Source of the DNA: Acidimicrobiia bacterium
GTDB lineage: Bacteria > Actinomycetota > Acidimicrobiia > IMCC26256 > JAENVU01
DNA: 64,000 nucleotides
Direction: 5' to 3'
Assembly: GCA_031362155.1 (NCBI GenBank)
Contig: JANLRZ010000185.1
Span: forward strand, 6,282-70,281
In this document: positions 56,041-64,000 of the stretch, piece after piece
How positions within the stretch are numbered: the stretch's first letter is position 1
How the letters are laid out: each line of letters starts with the position of its first letter
Program-made: the position numbers and the translations under genes
Notes under the pieces: model-generated
The model's input: the letters and a program-made list of their open reading frames with translations, nothing else
What the model was told of the DNA's origin: nothing
Database searches by the model: none

Positions 56041-56789
56041 CTGGGTTTGGTGGCCTGGAGTTTGTGGACGATGCGACGCATCACCGGGCGGGGCGTGAAC
56101 CGCACGCTGCCGGCCATGATCTTGTTCAGGGCTCCGGGCACCGCCACCGCGTCCCCCTTGTTCATTGCCTTGACGCCGAAGGCCGCGACCTCGGCCGAGG
56201 TCGGGAGCTTCTTGTTGGCAACGAGCGGTGACAACTCCATTTCGGCTGCGGCTTGAAAGCCCGACGTCGTCGGCCCGGGACACAGTGCGGTCACCGTCAC
56301 GCCGGTCCCACGCGTCTCTTCGCTCAACGCCTCGCTGAACGACAACACGTACGCCTTGGTGGCGTAGTACACGGCCATCAGCGGGCCGGGTTGGAACGAT
56401 GCCGTCGAGGCGACGTTCATGATCTTCCCGGTGCCCCGTTCGAGCATCCCGGGGAGGTACGCGCGCGTGAGTGCGGTGAGCGACGTGACGTTGAGTTGGA
56501 TCATGCCGAGGGTCTTGTCCGGGTCGGCCGCGGCGAACGGTCCGAAGTCACCAACACCGGCGTTGTTCACCAGAACGTCGACGCTCGGCACCTCAGCGGC
56601 AATCTTCGCGATTGCCGACGGGTCAGACAGGTCGGCCGCGATCACCCGGGCGCCACCGAGTTCTTCGGCGAGGGTCTCGAGCTTGGCCGCGGATCGGGCA
56701 ACGAGGACGAGGTCGTGGGTCGGCGCGAGGACGCGGGCGATTTCGAGACCGATGCCGTTCGATGCGCCGGTGACGAGTGCAGTGGTCAT
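56037..56789 (-). CDS. Short-chain dehydrogenase/reductase
   Basis: TGASNGIG, NNAG, YYATKAY. ATG 56789 lies inside a spurious 1047-aa ORF. Confidence 0.85.
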   Translation of the reverse strand: MTTALVTGASNGIGLEIARVLAPTHDLVLVARSAAKLETLAEELGGARVIAADLSDPSAIAKIAAEVPSVDVLVNNAGVGDFGPFAAADPDKTLGMIQLNVTSLTALTRAYLPGMLERGTGKIMNVASTASFQPGPLMAVYYATKAYVLSFSEALSEETRGTGVTVTALCPGPTTSGFQAAAEMELSPLVANKKLPTSAEVAAFGVKAMNKGDAVAVPGALNKIMAGSVRFTPRPVMRRIVHKLQATKPS

Positions 56790-56809
56790 GGGATCTCCCT
56801 GGTTCAAGG

Positions 56810-57718
56810 TCAGCGCGCGGGTGCGTCGCCGGCGACGGTCGTGCGGTGCATGGCGCGGCGGTGGCCGCGCACGTCGCCCATCACCATGTGCTGGGCGCAG
56901 CGGTTGTCCCAGAACGCAACGTCGCCGACGGCCCATTGCCACCGACACGTGAAGGAATCCTGAGTGCTGTGCGCGAAGAGGAAGTCGAGGAGTGGTTTCT
57001 GTTCGGTCGGCCACCATTCGGCGAGACCGACCGTGTACTGCTGATTCAGATACAGCGCATCGCGTCCCGTCTCGGGATGGACGCGCACCGCGGGATGCGG
57101 TTGCACCCGGTTGGCGTCCTCGCTCGTCGTCACGCTCATCCCCGCGAACATGTCGTGCACCGCTTGCATCTTCGGGGAGTAGGCGTCGCGCGCGCTGTGG
57201 AGGCCGTCGATGGTGCGCAGGGTCGCCTGGAGGCCGCGCGACAGTGTCTCGAAGGCAAGGTATTGATTCGCCCATAGCGTGTCGCCGCCGTAGGGAGGGA
57301 TCTCGAGTGCGTGCAGCATCGAGAACGCCGGCGGCGCGGGCAGAAACGAAAAGTCGGAGTGCCAGACGCCACCGAAGGAGAACGACTGGGTTTCGGTGGC
57401 CTCGCGCACGACCGCGATGACCTCGGGATGGTCGGCGATCGGTTCGACAAAGGGCACCTGGCTGTACGGCCCGAATCGATGGCTGAGGGCGACCTGCTCG
57501 TCGGAGTTCAAGGTCTGGTTGCGGAAGAACACGACCGTGTGGTCGAGCAGGGCGCGGCGGATCTCGGCGACGGTCTGATCGTCGATCGGTGCGGCCAGGT
57601 TCACGCCCGAGATCACGGCACCGCCCACGCCGGTGTGCGGATCGACGGTGACGCGCTCGTAGGAGTGTCCCGCGGGCGCGGCCGGGACGGGGATGAGAGG
57701 GATCTCGGCGACGGTCAT
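56810..57718 (-). CDS. TauD/TfdA-family Fe(II)/2OG dioxygenase, second copy
   Basis: ..VWHSDFSF.. (HxD), ..GGDTLWANQ.., ..VAFWDNRCAQH... Confidence 0.85.
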   Translation of the reverse strand: MTVAEIPLIPVPAAPAGHSYERVTVDPHTGVGGAVISGVNLAAPIDDQTVAEIRRALLDHTVVFFRNQTLNSDEQVALSHRFGPYSQVPFVEPIADHPEVIAVVREATETQSFSFGGVWHSDFSFLPAPPAFSMLHALEIPPYGGDTLWANQYLAFETLSRGLQATLRTIDGLHSARDAYSPKMQAVHDMFAGMSVTTSEDANRVQPHPAVRVHPETGRDALYLNQQYTVGLAEWWPTEQKPLLDFLFAHSTQDSFTCRWQWAVGDVAFWDNRCAQHMVMGDVRGHRRAMHRTTVAGDAPAR

Positions 57719-57758
57719 GGGCCGAGCCTAGGTGCGGGGCGTCGCGTAGGGTCAGGCC

Positions 57759-59090
57759 ATGACAACTTCTCCTCCGTCCCCCACGGTTGCCCCCGCCGAT
57801 GGCAAGCTCGGCGTGCTCTGTGTCGGCCTCGGCGCGGTGACGACCACCCTGATCGCCGGCGTCGAACTGGCCAAGCGGGGTGACGAGGTCCCGGTCGGTT
57901 CCCTCACCCAACTGGGCACGATCCGGCTGGGGAAACGCACCGACGACAACGTGCCGCGGATCCAGGATTTCGTCCCGCTTGCGAGCCTCGATCAGATCGT
58001 CTGGGGTGCGTGGGACCCGTACCCGGACGACGCCTACACCGCCGCGAGTCGTGCCGGGGTCCTGGACCAGGGTCGCCACCTCGAAGGAATCGGCGATGTA
58101 CTGCGAGCGATTCGGCCCATGCCGGCCGCGTTCGATGCCTCCTACGTGAAGCGCCTCGACGGCACCAACGTCATGTCGTCCACGTCGAAGCGAGCGATGC
58201 TCGACCAGATCCGGGCCGACATCAACCGGTTCAAGGACGAGAACCTGTGTGACCGGGTCGTCATGATCTGGTGCGGATCGACCGAGATCTACATCGAGGC
58301 CGGCCCCGCCCACCAGGACATCGAGTCCTTCGAGGCGGCGATCGACGCGGAAGACCCGTCGATCGCGCCGTCGATGCTCTACGCCTATGCCGCATTGCAG
58401 GAAGGCGTGCCGTTCGCGAACGGCGCGCCGAACCTCGCCGTCGACACACCGGTGCTGCGCCGTTATGCGGAGCAGCACGCCGTGCCGATCTCGGGCAAGG
58501 ACTTCAAGACGGGTCAGACGCTCCTGAAGACGGTGCTCGCGCCGATGCTCAAGGCGCGCATGCTCGGCCTTGCGGGGTGGTACTCCACCAACATTCTGGG
58601 CAACCGCGACGGTGAAGTGCTCGACGACCCGGAGAACTTCAAGACGAAGGAAGTCTCGAAACTCGGCGTGCTCGAAGATGTCCTCGAACCCGAGCGGTAT
58701 CCGGAGCTCTACGGCGACGTGTACCACAAGGTTCGCATCAACTACTACCCGCCGCGTGGTGACAACAAGGAAGGGTGGGACAACATTGATCTCTTCGGGT
58801 GGCTGGGCTACCCGATGCAGATGAAGGTCGACTTCCTGTGTCGCGACTCGATCCTTGCCGCGCCGCTCGCGCTCGATCTCGTGCTCTTCATGGACCTTGC
58901 GCAACGGGCCGGGATGGGCGGGATCCAGGAGTGGCTGAGCTTCTATTACAAGTCGCCCCAGGTGCCACCGGGCCTCTACCCCGAGCACGATCTGTTCATC
59001 CAGCTCACCAAGTTGAAGAACACGCTGCGCTGGATGATGGGCGAGACACCGATCACCCACCTCGGCCAGGACTACGACCTCGAGGATTGA
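57759..59090 (+). CDS. myo-Inositol-3-phosphate synthase-family enzyme (long, about 440-aa form)
   Basis: ..FANGAPN.., ..SGKDFKTGQT.., ..YSTNILGNRDG.., ..KVRINYYPPRGDNKEG.. are MIPS blocks. Confidence 0.85.
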   Translation: MTTSPPSPTVAPADGKLGVLCVGLGAVTTTLIAGVELAKRGDEVPVGSLTQLGTIRLGKRTDDNVPRIQDFVPLASLDQIVWGAWDPYPDDAYTAASRAGVLDQGRHLEGIGDVLRAIRPMPAAFDASYVKRLDGTNVMSSTSKRAMLDQIRADINRFKDENLCDRVVMIWCGSTEIYIEAGPAHQDIESFEAAIDAEDPSIAPSMLYAYAALQEGVPFANGAPNLAVDTPVLRRYAEQHAVPISGKDFKTGQTLLKTVLAPMLKARMLGLAGWYSTNILGNRDGEVLDDPENFKTKEVSKLGVLEDVLEPERYPELYGDVYHKVRINYYPPRGDNKEGWDNIDLFGWLGYPMQMKVDFLCRDSILAAPLALDLVLFMDLAQRAGMGGIQEWLSFYYKSPQVPPGLYPEHDLFIQLTKLKNTLRWMMGETPITHLGQDYDLED

Positions 59091-59094
59091 GACC

Positions 59095-59913
59095 ATGATT
59101 CGGCGCGTCGGGAAGAACCTCGCGGTGTTCGCCGAGGAGCCGCCGGTCGCCAGTGTCGATCTCGAACGCGACGGGTGCACCGTGCTGCGCGGTGTGCTCT
59201 CCGCATCCGAGATTGCGCAGCTGCGGGAGGAGATCGACGCGGTCTTCGCATCGACGCAACCGGAGCGCAGCCGAACCGACTCCGCCGAGTTCCGGTACGA
59301 GATGTTGAACCGCAGCGCCGCGTGCCAGGCCGCGGTCGGTCATCCGCGGGTCCTGGAAGTCGTCGAACCGTTGCTCGGTGATGACTGCCATGTGATTGCC
59401 AACACCGCGTGGAAGAACCCGCCTGAGTTCGGCGGGGGTCCGTGGCACTGCGACGCCGGCCCGCATGTGCCGCGCCCCGAAGGGGTCGAGTGGGACGACC
59501 GGATCCCGTATCCGGTGTTCGCGATCGGCGCGCATTTGTATCTCGAGGACTGTCGCCGCGAAGACGGGCCGACTGCGGTGGTCCCGGGAAGTCACCGCTC
59601 GGGCCGCTTGGCGCCCTTCGATCGGCTGAACGATCCTGATCTGACCTACGACGGTCGGCCGCCCGTCGTCCTCACCGCTCGCGCGGGTGATGTAGCGCTC
59701 TTCGTGTCGGACTGCTGGCACCGCGGGCTGCCGAGCGATGGTGGGTCAGGCCGATACTTCCTCCAAGTGCACTACGGCCGGCGTGATATCGCGCCCCGGA
59801 TCCGCACCACGGATGTCGTGAACCACTTGAGCCCGGAGGCGATCGCTCGCGCCCAGACCGACCGCGAGCGGACCGTGGTCGGGCTGCACGCCCCGTATTT
59901 CTACGACGGCTGA
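59095..59913 (+). CDS. PhyH-family Fe(II)/2OG oxygenase, copy 2
   Basis: ..RDGCTVLRGVL.., ..WHCDAG.. (HxD), ..DGPTAVVPGSH.., ..CWHRG... Starts 4 nt after the MIPS stop. Confidence 0.8.
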   Translation: MIRRVGKNLAVFAEEPPVASVDLERDGCTVLRGVLSASEIAQLREEIDAVFASTQPERSRTDSAEFRYEMLNRSAACQAAVGHPRVLEVVEPLLGDDCHVIANTAWKNPPEFGGGPWHCDAGPHVPRPEGVEWDDRIPYPVFAIGAHLYLEDCRREDGPTAVVPGSHRSGRLAPFDRLNDPDLTYDGRPPVVLTARAGDVALFVSDCWHRGLPSDGGSGRYFLQVHYGRRDIAPRIRTTDVVNHLSPEAIARAQTDRERTVVGLHAPYFYDG

Positions 59914-59938
59914 TCGCAGCCGCGGATCACGGCGACGG

Positions 59939-60490
59939 TCAGTCGTCGTCGCCACCGTGGCCGCTGCCGTGGCCGCCGCCATTTCCACCGCCGTGGTCGT
60001 CGTCACCGTCGTCATTCGATGGCTGGGTCACGGCCGGCGCGGAGTGCTCGGACTCGTCGTCGTCCTCGTCCGCCTCGGCTTCGTCCTCGGCTTCGGCCTC
60101 GTCGTGGTGCTCGCACTCGCCGTCGTGGTTATGGGCCGCCTCGGACACTGCCGCGCCGTGGCCTGGGCCGGATTCGGTCTCGTGCGCGACCCGTGAGACG
60201 TTGGCACCGTGATTGGTGCACGTGGCCTCCGGCGCCGGAGCATCATCAGGCGTTGTGGTGTCGGTGACCGGGGGGTCGGTGGGAACGGTGGTCGGCTCGG
60301 TCACGGGGGGATCGGTCGGTGTGGTGGTTGCCGACGTGTCGGTTGTGCTCGTGACCTCGGACGCGCCCACGGTGGGCTCGGGCTCCTTGGCCACGCTGGC
60401 CGCGGCCACTGCGAATCCCCCCAAGGAGATCGCGGCAACGACCGCCCCCGCCACTTTGACCCTTGCTGCACCGGTCGTCCAGAAACTCAT
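59939..60490 (-). CDS. Secreted/membrane-anchored low-complexity protein with an Asp/Glu/His/Gly-rich C-terminus
   Basis: N-terminal hydrophobic segment, Thr/Pro-rich linker, duplicated (N/P)(H/G)HGA-VS-xAH unit, then ..HDGECEHHDEAEAEDEAEADEDDDE..DDHGGGNGGGHGSGHGGDDD. Confidence 0.6.
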   Translation of the reverse strand: MSFWTTGAARVKVAGAVVAAISLGGFAVAAASVAKEPEPTVGASEVTSTTDTSATTTPTDPPVTEPTTVPTDPPVTDTTTPDDAPAPEATCTNHGANVSRVAHETESGPGHGAAVSEAAHNHDGECEHHDEAEAEDEAEADEDDDESEHSAPAVTQPSNDDGDDDHGGGNGGGHGSGHGGDDD

Positions 60491-60554
60491 GTGGTTATCC
60501 CCTCGAATGGCGTTTGGATGGTTATCGGCAGTTTCCGGGTCAGATCTTGAAAGT

Positions 60555-60612
60555 CGGCGAACTTTGGTGAAAAAAACCCCGTATAGCGAGGGTTATTGAC
60601 GCAAGTTCGCCG
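60555..60612. other. 58-nt nested hairpin with an A7/T7 tract in a divergent intergenic region
   Basis: Outer 10-bp arms CGGCGAACTT / AAGTTCGCCG enclose AACCC..GGGTT. On the minus strand the inner hairpin is followed by UUUUUUU. Confidence 0.45.
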
Positions 60613-60673
60613 GGACGGCTTGGATGCGGCGGTCGATCGCGTTGGTGCAGTCGGCTTGGGTTGAAGGGGGATC

Positions 60674-61705
60674 ATGAAGGTTCACGTCATGACCGGTGGC
60701 ACGAAGCTGCGCGACTTCGGGGCCATGGCGGCCGACGCCGCCGACGCCGGGTTCGCCGGACTGGTCATCACCGAATCGGGCCGGACTGCCTACCTGTCGG
60801 TCGCGGCGGCTGCACTGGCCGAGCTCGACCTCGACCTCGCCACAGGTGTCGCCGTCGCGTTCCCACGGAGTCCCATGGTGACGGCCTCGACCGCGTGGGA
60901 GTTGGCCCAGGCCTCGGGCGGTCGGTTCCGGCTCGGGCTGGGCACCCAGGTGCGGGCCCACATCGAACGGCGCTACTCGTCGATGTTCGATCATCCCGGG
61001 CCGAGACTGCGGGAGTACGTCGAGGCGGTCAAGGCGTGCTTCGCCGGTTTCCGCGGCGAGAAGCTCGACTACCACGGTGAGTTCTACGACCTGTCGTTGC
61101 TCCCGGCGATGTGGTCACCCGGTCCGATCGACGTGCCGGATCCGCCGGTGGATCTCGCCGCGGTCAACCCGTGGATGCTGCGCATGACCGCGGCCGTCGC
61201 CGACGGCGTGCACGTCCACCCGTTGAACTCGCCGACCTACCACGAGGAGACGCTGCTGCCGAACCTGCGGGCGGGCCGCGGGACCGATGCCCTCGACGAC
61301 TTCACCGTGTTCGTCCCGGTCTTCACCGCGGCCGGGGACACCGCGGCGGAGCGGGCGCAGTGGCGGGAAACCACCCGGACGATGGTCGGCTTCTACGGCT
61401 CGACGCCCAACTACGCGTTCGTGTTCGAACAGATCAGCAAGCCAGGCACGACCGAGGCGCTGCGCGCCGCGCAGAAGGCCGGCGATATGGCGGGGATGAA
61501 CTCGGTGATCGACGACGAGATCCTCGACCACTTCATCGTCGAAGGTACCTGGGCCGAGATGCCCGACCGCATCGAGGACCGGATGGGTGCGCTGCGCGGC
61601 ACCGACGTGCAGCCGGTCCTCTACCACGCGGGCCTCACGTACCGATCGGATCGCGACACGTTCACCCGCTTCGGCGAACTCGCCGCCGCCTTGCGCGATC
61701 GCTGA
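60674..61705 (+). CDS. LLM-class oxidoreductase, probably F420-dependent (TIGR03617-like)
   Basis: ..FAGLVITESGR.., ..RFRLGLGTQVRAHIERRY.., ..GFYGSTPNYAFVFE.. pattern. Confidence 0.75.
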   Translation: MKVHVMTGGTKLRDFGAMAADAADAGFAGLVITESGRTAYLSVAAAALAELDLDLATGVAVAFPRSPMVTASTAWELAQASGGRFRLGLGTQVRAHIERRYSSMFDHPGPRLREYVEAVKACFAGFRGEKLDYHGEFYDLSLLPAMWSPGPIDVPDPPVDLAAVNPWMLRMTAAVADGVHVHPLNSPTYHEETLLPNLRAGRGTDALDDFTVFVPVFTAAGDTAAERAQWRETTRTMVGFYGSTPNYAFVFEQISKPGTTEALRAAQKAGDMAGMNSVIDDEILDHFIVEGTWAEMPDRIEDRMGALRGTDVQPVLYHAGLTYRSDRDTFTRFGELAAALRDR

Positions 61706-61852
61706 GGGCCGACGTTCCCACCCGGCCTCGGGTCCGAGCGCTCGGCCGCGCCTGGGGCGTGGGCGTCGGTATCCGACGCTTGAACCCCACACCCAAAGCG
61801 TTGGGGGGACCACCCAGGGGTTCGTCAAGCACACCCGAGAGGTAGGCGGCAT

Positions 61853-62253
61853 CTAGTCAGGTAGTGCGTCCGTCTCCTCGGTGTCGCCGAACTTGAACCT
61901 GAGCACCTTCGACCGCCCGGAGAACTTCAGCTCGTTGCGGTACCGGAAGTCGAGCACGCGAAGCAACGCGAGTAGCCCGTCCGTCGAGAACCCCAGGTCC
62001 AGCACCCAACAAACGAAGTGCTCACCAGCTGCATTGGTCCCCCGGGCGAGTTCGATCTTTTCGCCGGGGCGAATCGGCTTGCCGTATGCGCCCATCTGAC
62101 CCGCGTTGAGCCAGTGTTCGAGTGCCTCGCGCAGTACCCGCAGTCTCGATCACTGAAGTCTTCCGTCACGATGAGCACGAAACCCATGGCCTCGTAGGAG
62201 TCGTCGACGTCCAGAGGCTCCAACGGCAGCGCGGTCAGCTCGGCCCACTCCAT
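61853..62253 (-). pseudogene. Possible frameshifted gene (or two short overlapping ORFs) of unknown function in a locally lower-GC patch
   Basis: ORF 62253..61927 begins MEWAELTALPLEPLDVDDSYEAMGFVLIVTEDFSD. From about 62140 a second frame carries plausible sequence (..RLRVLREALEHWLNAGQMGAYGKPIRPGEKIEL..) through to the stop at 61853. Confidence 0.35.
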
Positions 62254-62433
62254 CCGCCAAGTCTCCTCGATGGCCGACCCCGGCGGGGTCCGTCATGACC
62301 TGCCGACCACCCACCCAGGTGTCATGTCACTTGAACCCAGAAGCGTTCCGCGGAACGTCCCAGGATCTTGCAGGCGTCGGCTCACTCACACGGCCATGGC
62401 GTCGGACCGAGACGCTCGTCCGAGCCAGATTCG

Positions 62434-64000
62434 CTATTGCTCGCTCATGATGATGTCGAACTCGGTCGCCGGATCCCGAGTGCGGGCCGGGTCGTGCACG
62501 GAGACGGTGACGCGATGCAACGTGCCGGTGAATCGGAACGGCGCGGCGTAGCCGGGGCCGACGGGGGGACCCTGCTCCCAGCCGCACGTCATTCCCGCGC
62601 CGCTGATCGAGTGTCGCACCGGGGTCGTGCGCGGGATCTCGCCCGTGCCGATTTCCACGTCGTCGACGAGCAGGTGCACGGTCCCGGAGAAGTCGGGTCG
62701 TGCGTCGAAGCGCATGACCAACTCGTGAGCTCCGGGCCCGATCAGCGTGTCGGCCTCGACGGTGTATCGATCGCGGCCGACATAGTTGGAGACGTAGCGC
62801 AGGCACCCGTCGAGGACTTGGAACGACCACCCGCCCAGCACCGTCCCCATGGCCAACAGCACGCCCTGTGGCGCGTCGCCGACGGGAATGTCGACAGTCG
62901 CGCGCAGTTCGTGGGATCGACCGCGCACGTTGATCGCGTTCTCCTCCGGCACCGGTTGGTCGGTCGGCCAGAACACCGCGTGGTCCCGTTCGTGGAACGG
63001 TCGCCGGGGCGCGAGCAGCGCGGCGACGGGTCGGTTGTCGAGTGGGAGCACCTGATATTTCCGGGCTTCCTCCCACCAGAGGTCGATCATTGCCGCGAGC
63101 CGTTCGGGCTCGTCGGCAGCCAGATCGCGTGTCTCGCTCGGGTCGGTGCGGACGTCGAAGAGTTCCCACACGTCCTCGTCGAACGGCGCATCGGGATCGA
63201 GGCCGTCGTCGTACATGTGCCCGAGTGGCTTGAACGTCGCCGCTTTCCACCCGTCGTGGTAGATCGCGCGCGATCCGAGCATCTCGAAGTACTGGGTTGT
63301 GTGCCGCTCGGGCGCACCTGCGTCCTCGAGGAGGTAGGCGAAGCTGGTGCCCTCGATCGGAGTCTGGGAAATCCCGGCGATCTCCGTGGGCGCGTCGATC
63401 CCGATCAACTCCAACAGCGTGGGCAAGACATCGATCGCGTGCGCGAACTGGGGCCGGATCTCGTCGTGGGCTTGCAGCCCGGCGGGCCAGTGCACGATGC
63501 AGGGATCGGCGATCCCGCCTTCGTGGACCTCCCGCTTCCACCGCCGAAACGGCGTGTTGCCGGCCATGGTCCAACCCCACGGGTAGTTGTTGTGGGTCCC
63601 TGCGGTGCCGATCTCGTCGACGCGGGCGCGCAACTCTTTGCGCCCCGCGGGCACGCCGTTCCAGATGCGCGCGTCGTTGATCGAACCGAGTGAACCGCCT
63701 TCGGACGACGCGCCGTTGTCGGACACGACGACGACGATCGTGTTGTCGCGCTCACCCAACTCGTCGATGAAGCCGAGAACCCGGCCGATCTGCGCGTCGG
63801 CATGCGAGAGGAACGCGGCGAAGCACTCCATGAACCGCGCCGCGACGGCTTGATCTTCGGGGTCGAGGTCGTCCCATGCCGGCACCCAGTGGGGTCGGTC
63901 CGAGAGGGTGGTGCCATCGGGAAGGAGCCCCATCGCCTGTTGGCGGGCGAAGGTTTCGGTTCGCCAGTGATCCCAACCGCGGTCGAACTTCCCCCGGTAC
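62434..64000 (-). CDS. Arylsulfatase (type I sulfatase, large AtsA-like form); N-terminus lies outside the window
   Basis: Frame is open to the window edge (..YRGKFDRGWDHWRTETFARQQ..). ..VVVSDNGAS.., ..NYPWGWTMAGNTPFRRWKREVHEGG.. are sulfatase blocks. Large C-terminal beta domain. Confidence 0.85.
   Translation of the reverse strand, partial: YRGKFDRGWDHWRTETFARQQAMGLLPDGTTLSDRPHWVPAWDDLDPEDQAVAARFMECFAAFLSHADAQIGRVLGFIDELGERDNTIVVVVSDNGASSEGGSLGSINDARIWNGVPAGRKELRARVDEIGTAGTHNNYPWGWTMAGNTPFRRWKREVHEGGIADPCIVHWPAGLQAHDEIRPQFAHAIDVLPTLLELIGIDAPTEIAGISQTPIEGTSFAYLLEDAGAPERHTTQYFEMLGSRAIYHDGWKAATFKPLGHMYDDGLDPDAPFDEDVWELFDVRTDPSETRDLAADEPERLAAMIDLWWEEARKYQVLPLDNRPVAALLAPRRPFHERDHAVFWPTDQPVPEENAINVRGRSHELRATVDIPVGDAPQGVLLAMGTVLGGWSFQVLDGCLRYVSNYVGRDRYTVEADTLIGPGAHELVMRFDARPDFSGTVHLLVDDVEIGTGEIPRTTPVRHSISGAGMTCGWEQGPPVGPGYAAPFRFTGTLHRVTVSVHDPARTRDPATEFDIIMSEQ

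Noticed and set aside
61770-61832. Possible third, degenerate copy of the REP-like element (..GAACCCCACACCCAAAGCGTTGGGGGGACCACCCAGGGGTTCG..).
   Set aside because: It shares only short strings (GAACC, CACCCAGGGG) with the two good copies. It is better explained as an independent GC-rich terminator-like hairpin after the LLM gene.

Overview
This is a very GC-rich, gene-dense chromosomal segment. It looks actinobacterial: it carries a mycothiol/DinB-type protein, F420-type luciferase-like oxidoreductases, an LPXTG surface protein, a DosR/DevS-like two-component pair and lipobox lipoproteins. All homology calls come from motif recognition by eye, with no searches run. I call about 62 protein genes on both strands, many translationally coupled through ATGA/GTGA overlaps. 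Both window edges cut genes: a quinone-reductase-like MDR at the 5' end and an arylsulfatase at the 3' end. I found no rRNA, tRNA, CRISPR array, transposase, integrase or recognisable phage or defence module.

Recognisable blocks:
- A Zur-controlled znuABC-type metal uptake operon with a clear Zur box.
- A GAF sensor kinase, NarL-type regulator and tandem-USP module.
- Scattered organosulfur enzymes: two TauD-family dioxygenases, two paralogous sulfotransferases and an arylsulfatase.
- Many oxidoreductases: P450, BVMO, SDRs, LLMs, PhyH and 2OG oxygenases.
- Glycoside hydrolases of families GH15 and GH29.

Most interesting observations:
1. A cobalamin riboswitch (read directly from its conserved core) lies upstream of a terpene-cyclase-fold lipoprotein and probably a P450. 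This suggests an undescribed extracytoplasmic corrinoid-binding function.
2. A long-form inositol-3-phosphate synthase is embedded in a cluster with two PhyH, one TauD, one SDR and one PAP2 gene.
3. A 903-aa protein is almost entirely coiled coil and lies next to the sulfotransferase/DUF1214 cluster.
4. A roughly 53-nt structured intergenic repeat is present twice.
5. A DegT-family enzyme has His in place of the PLP lysine.
6. Several other structured or AT-rich intergenic elements are present.
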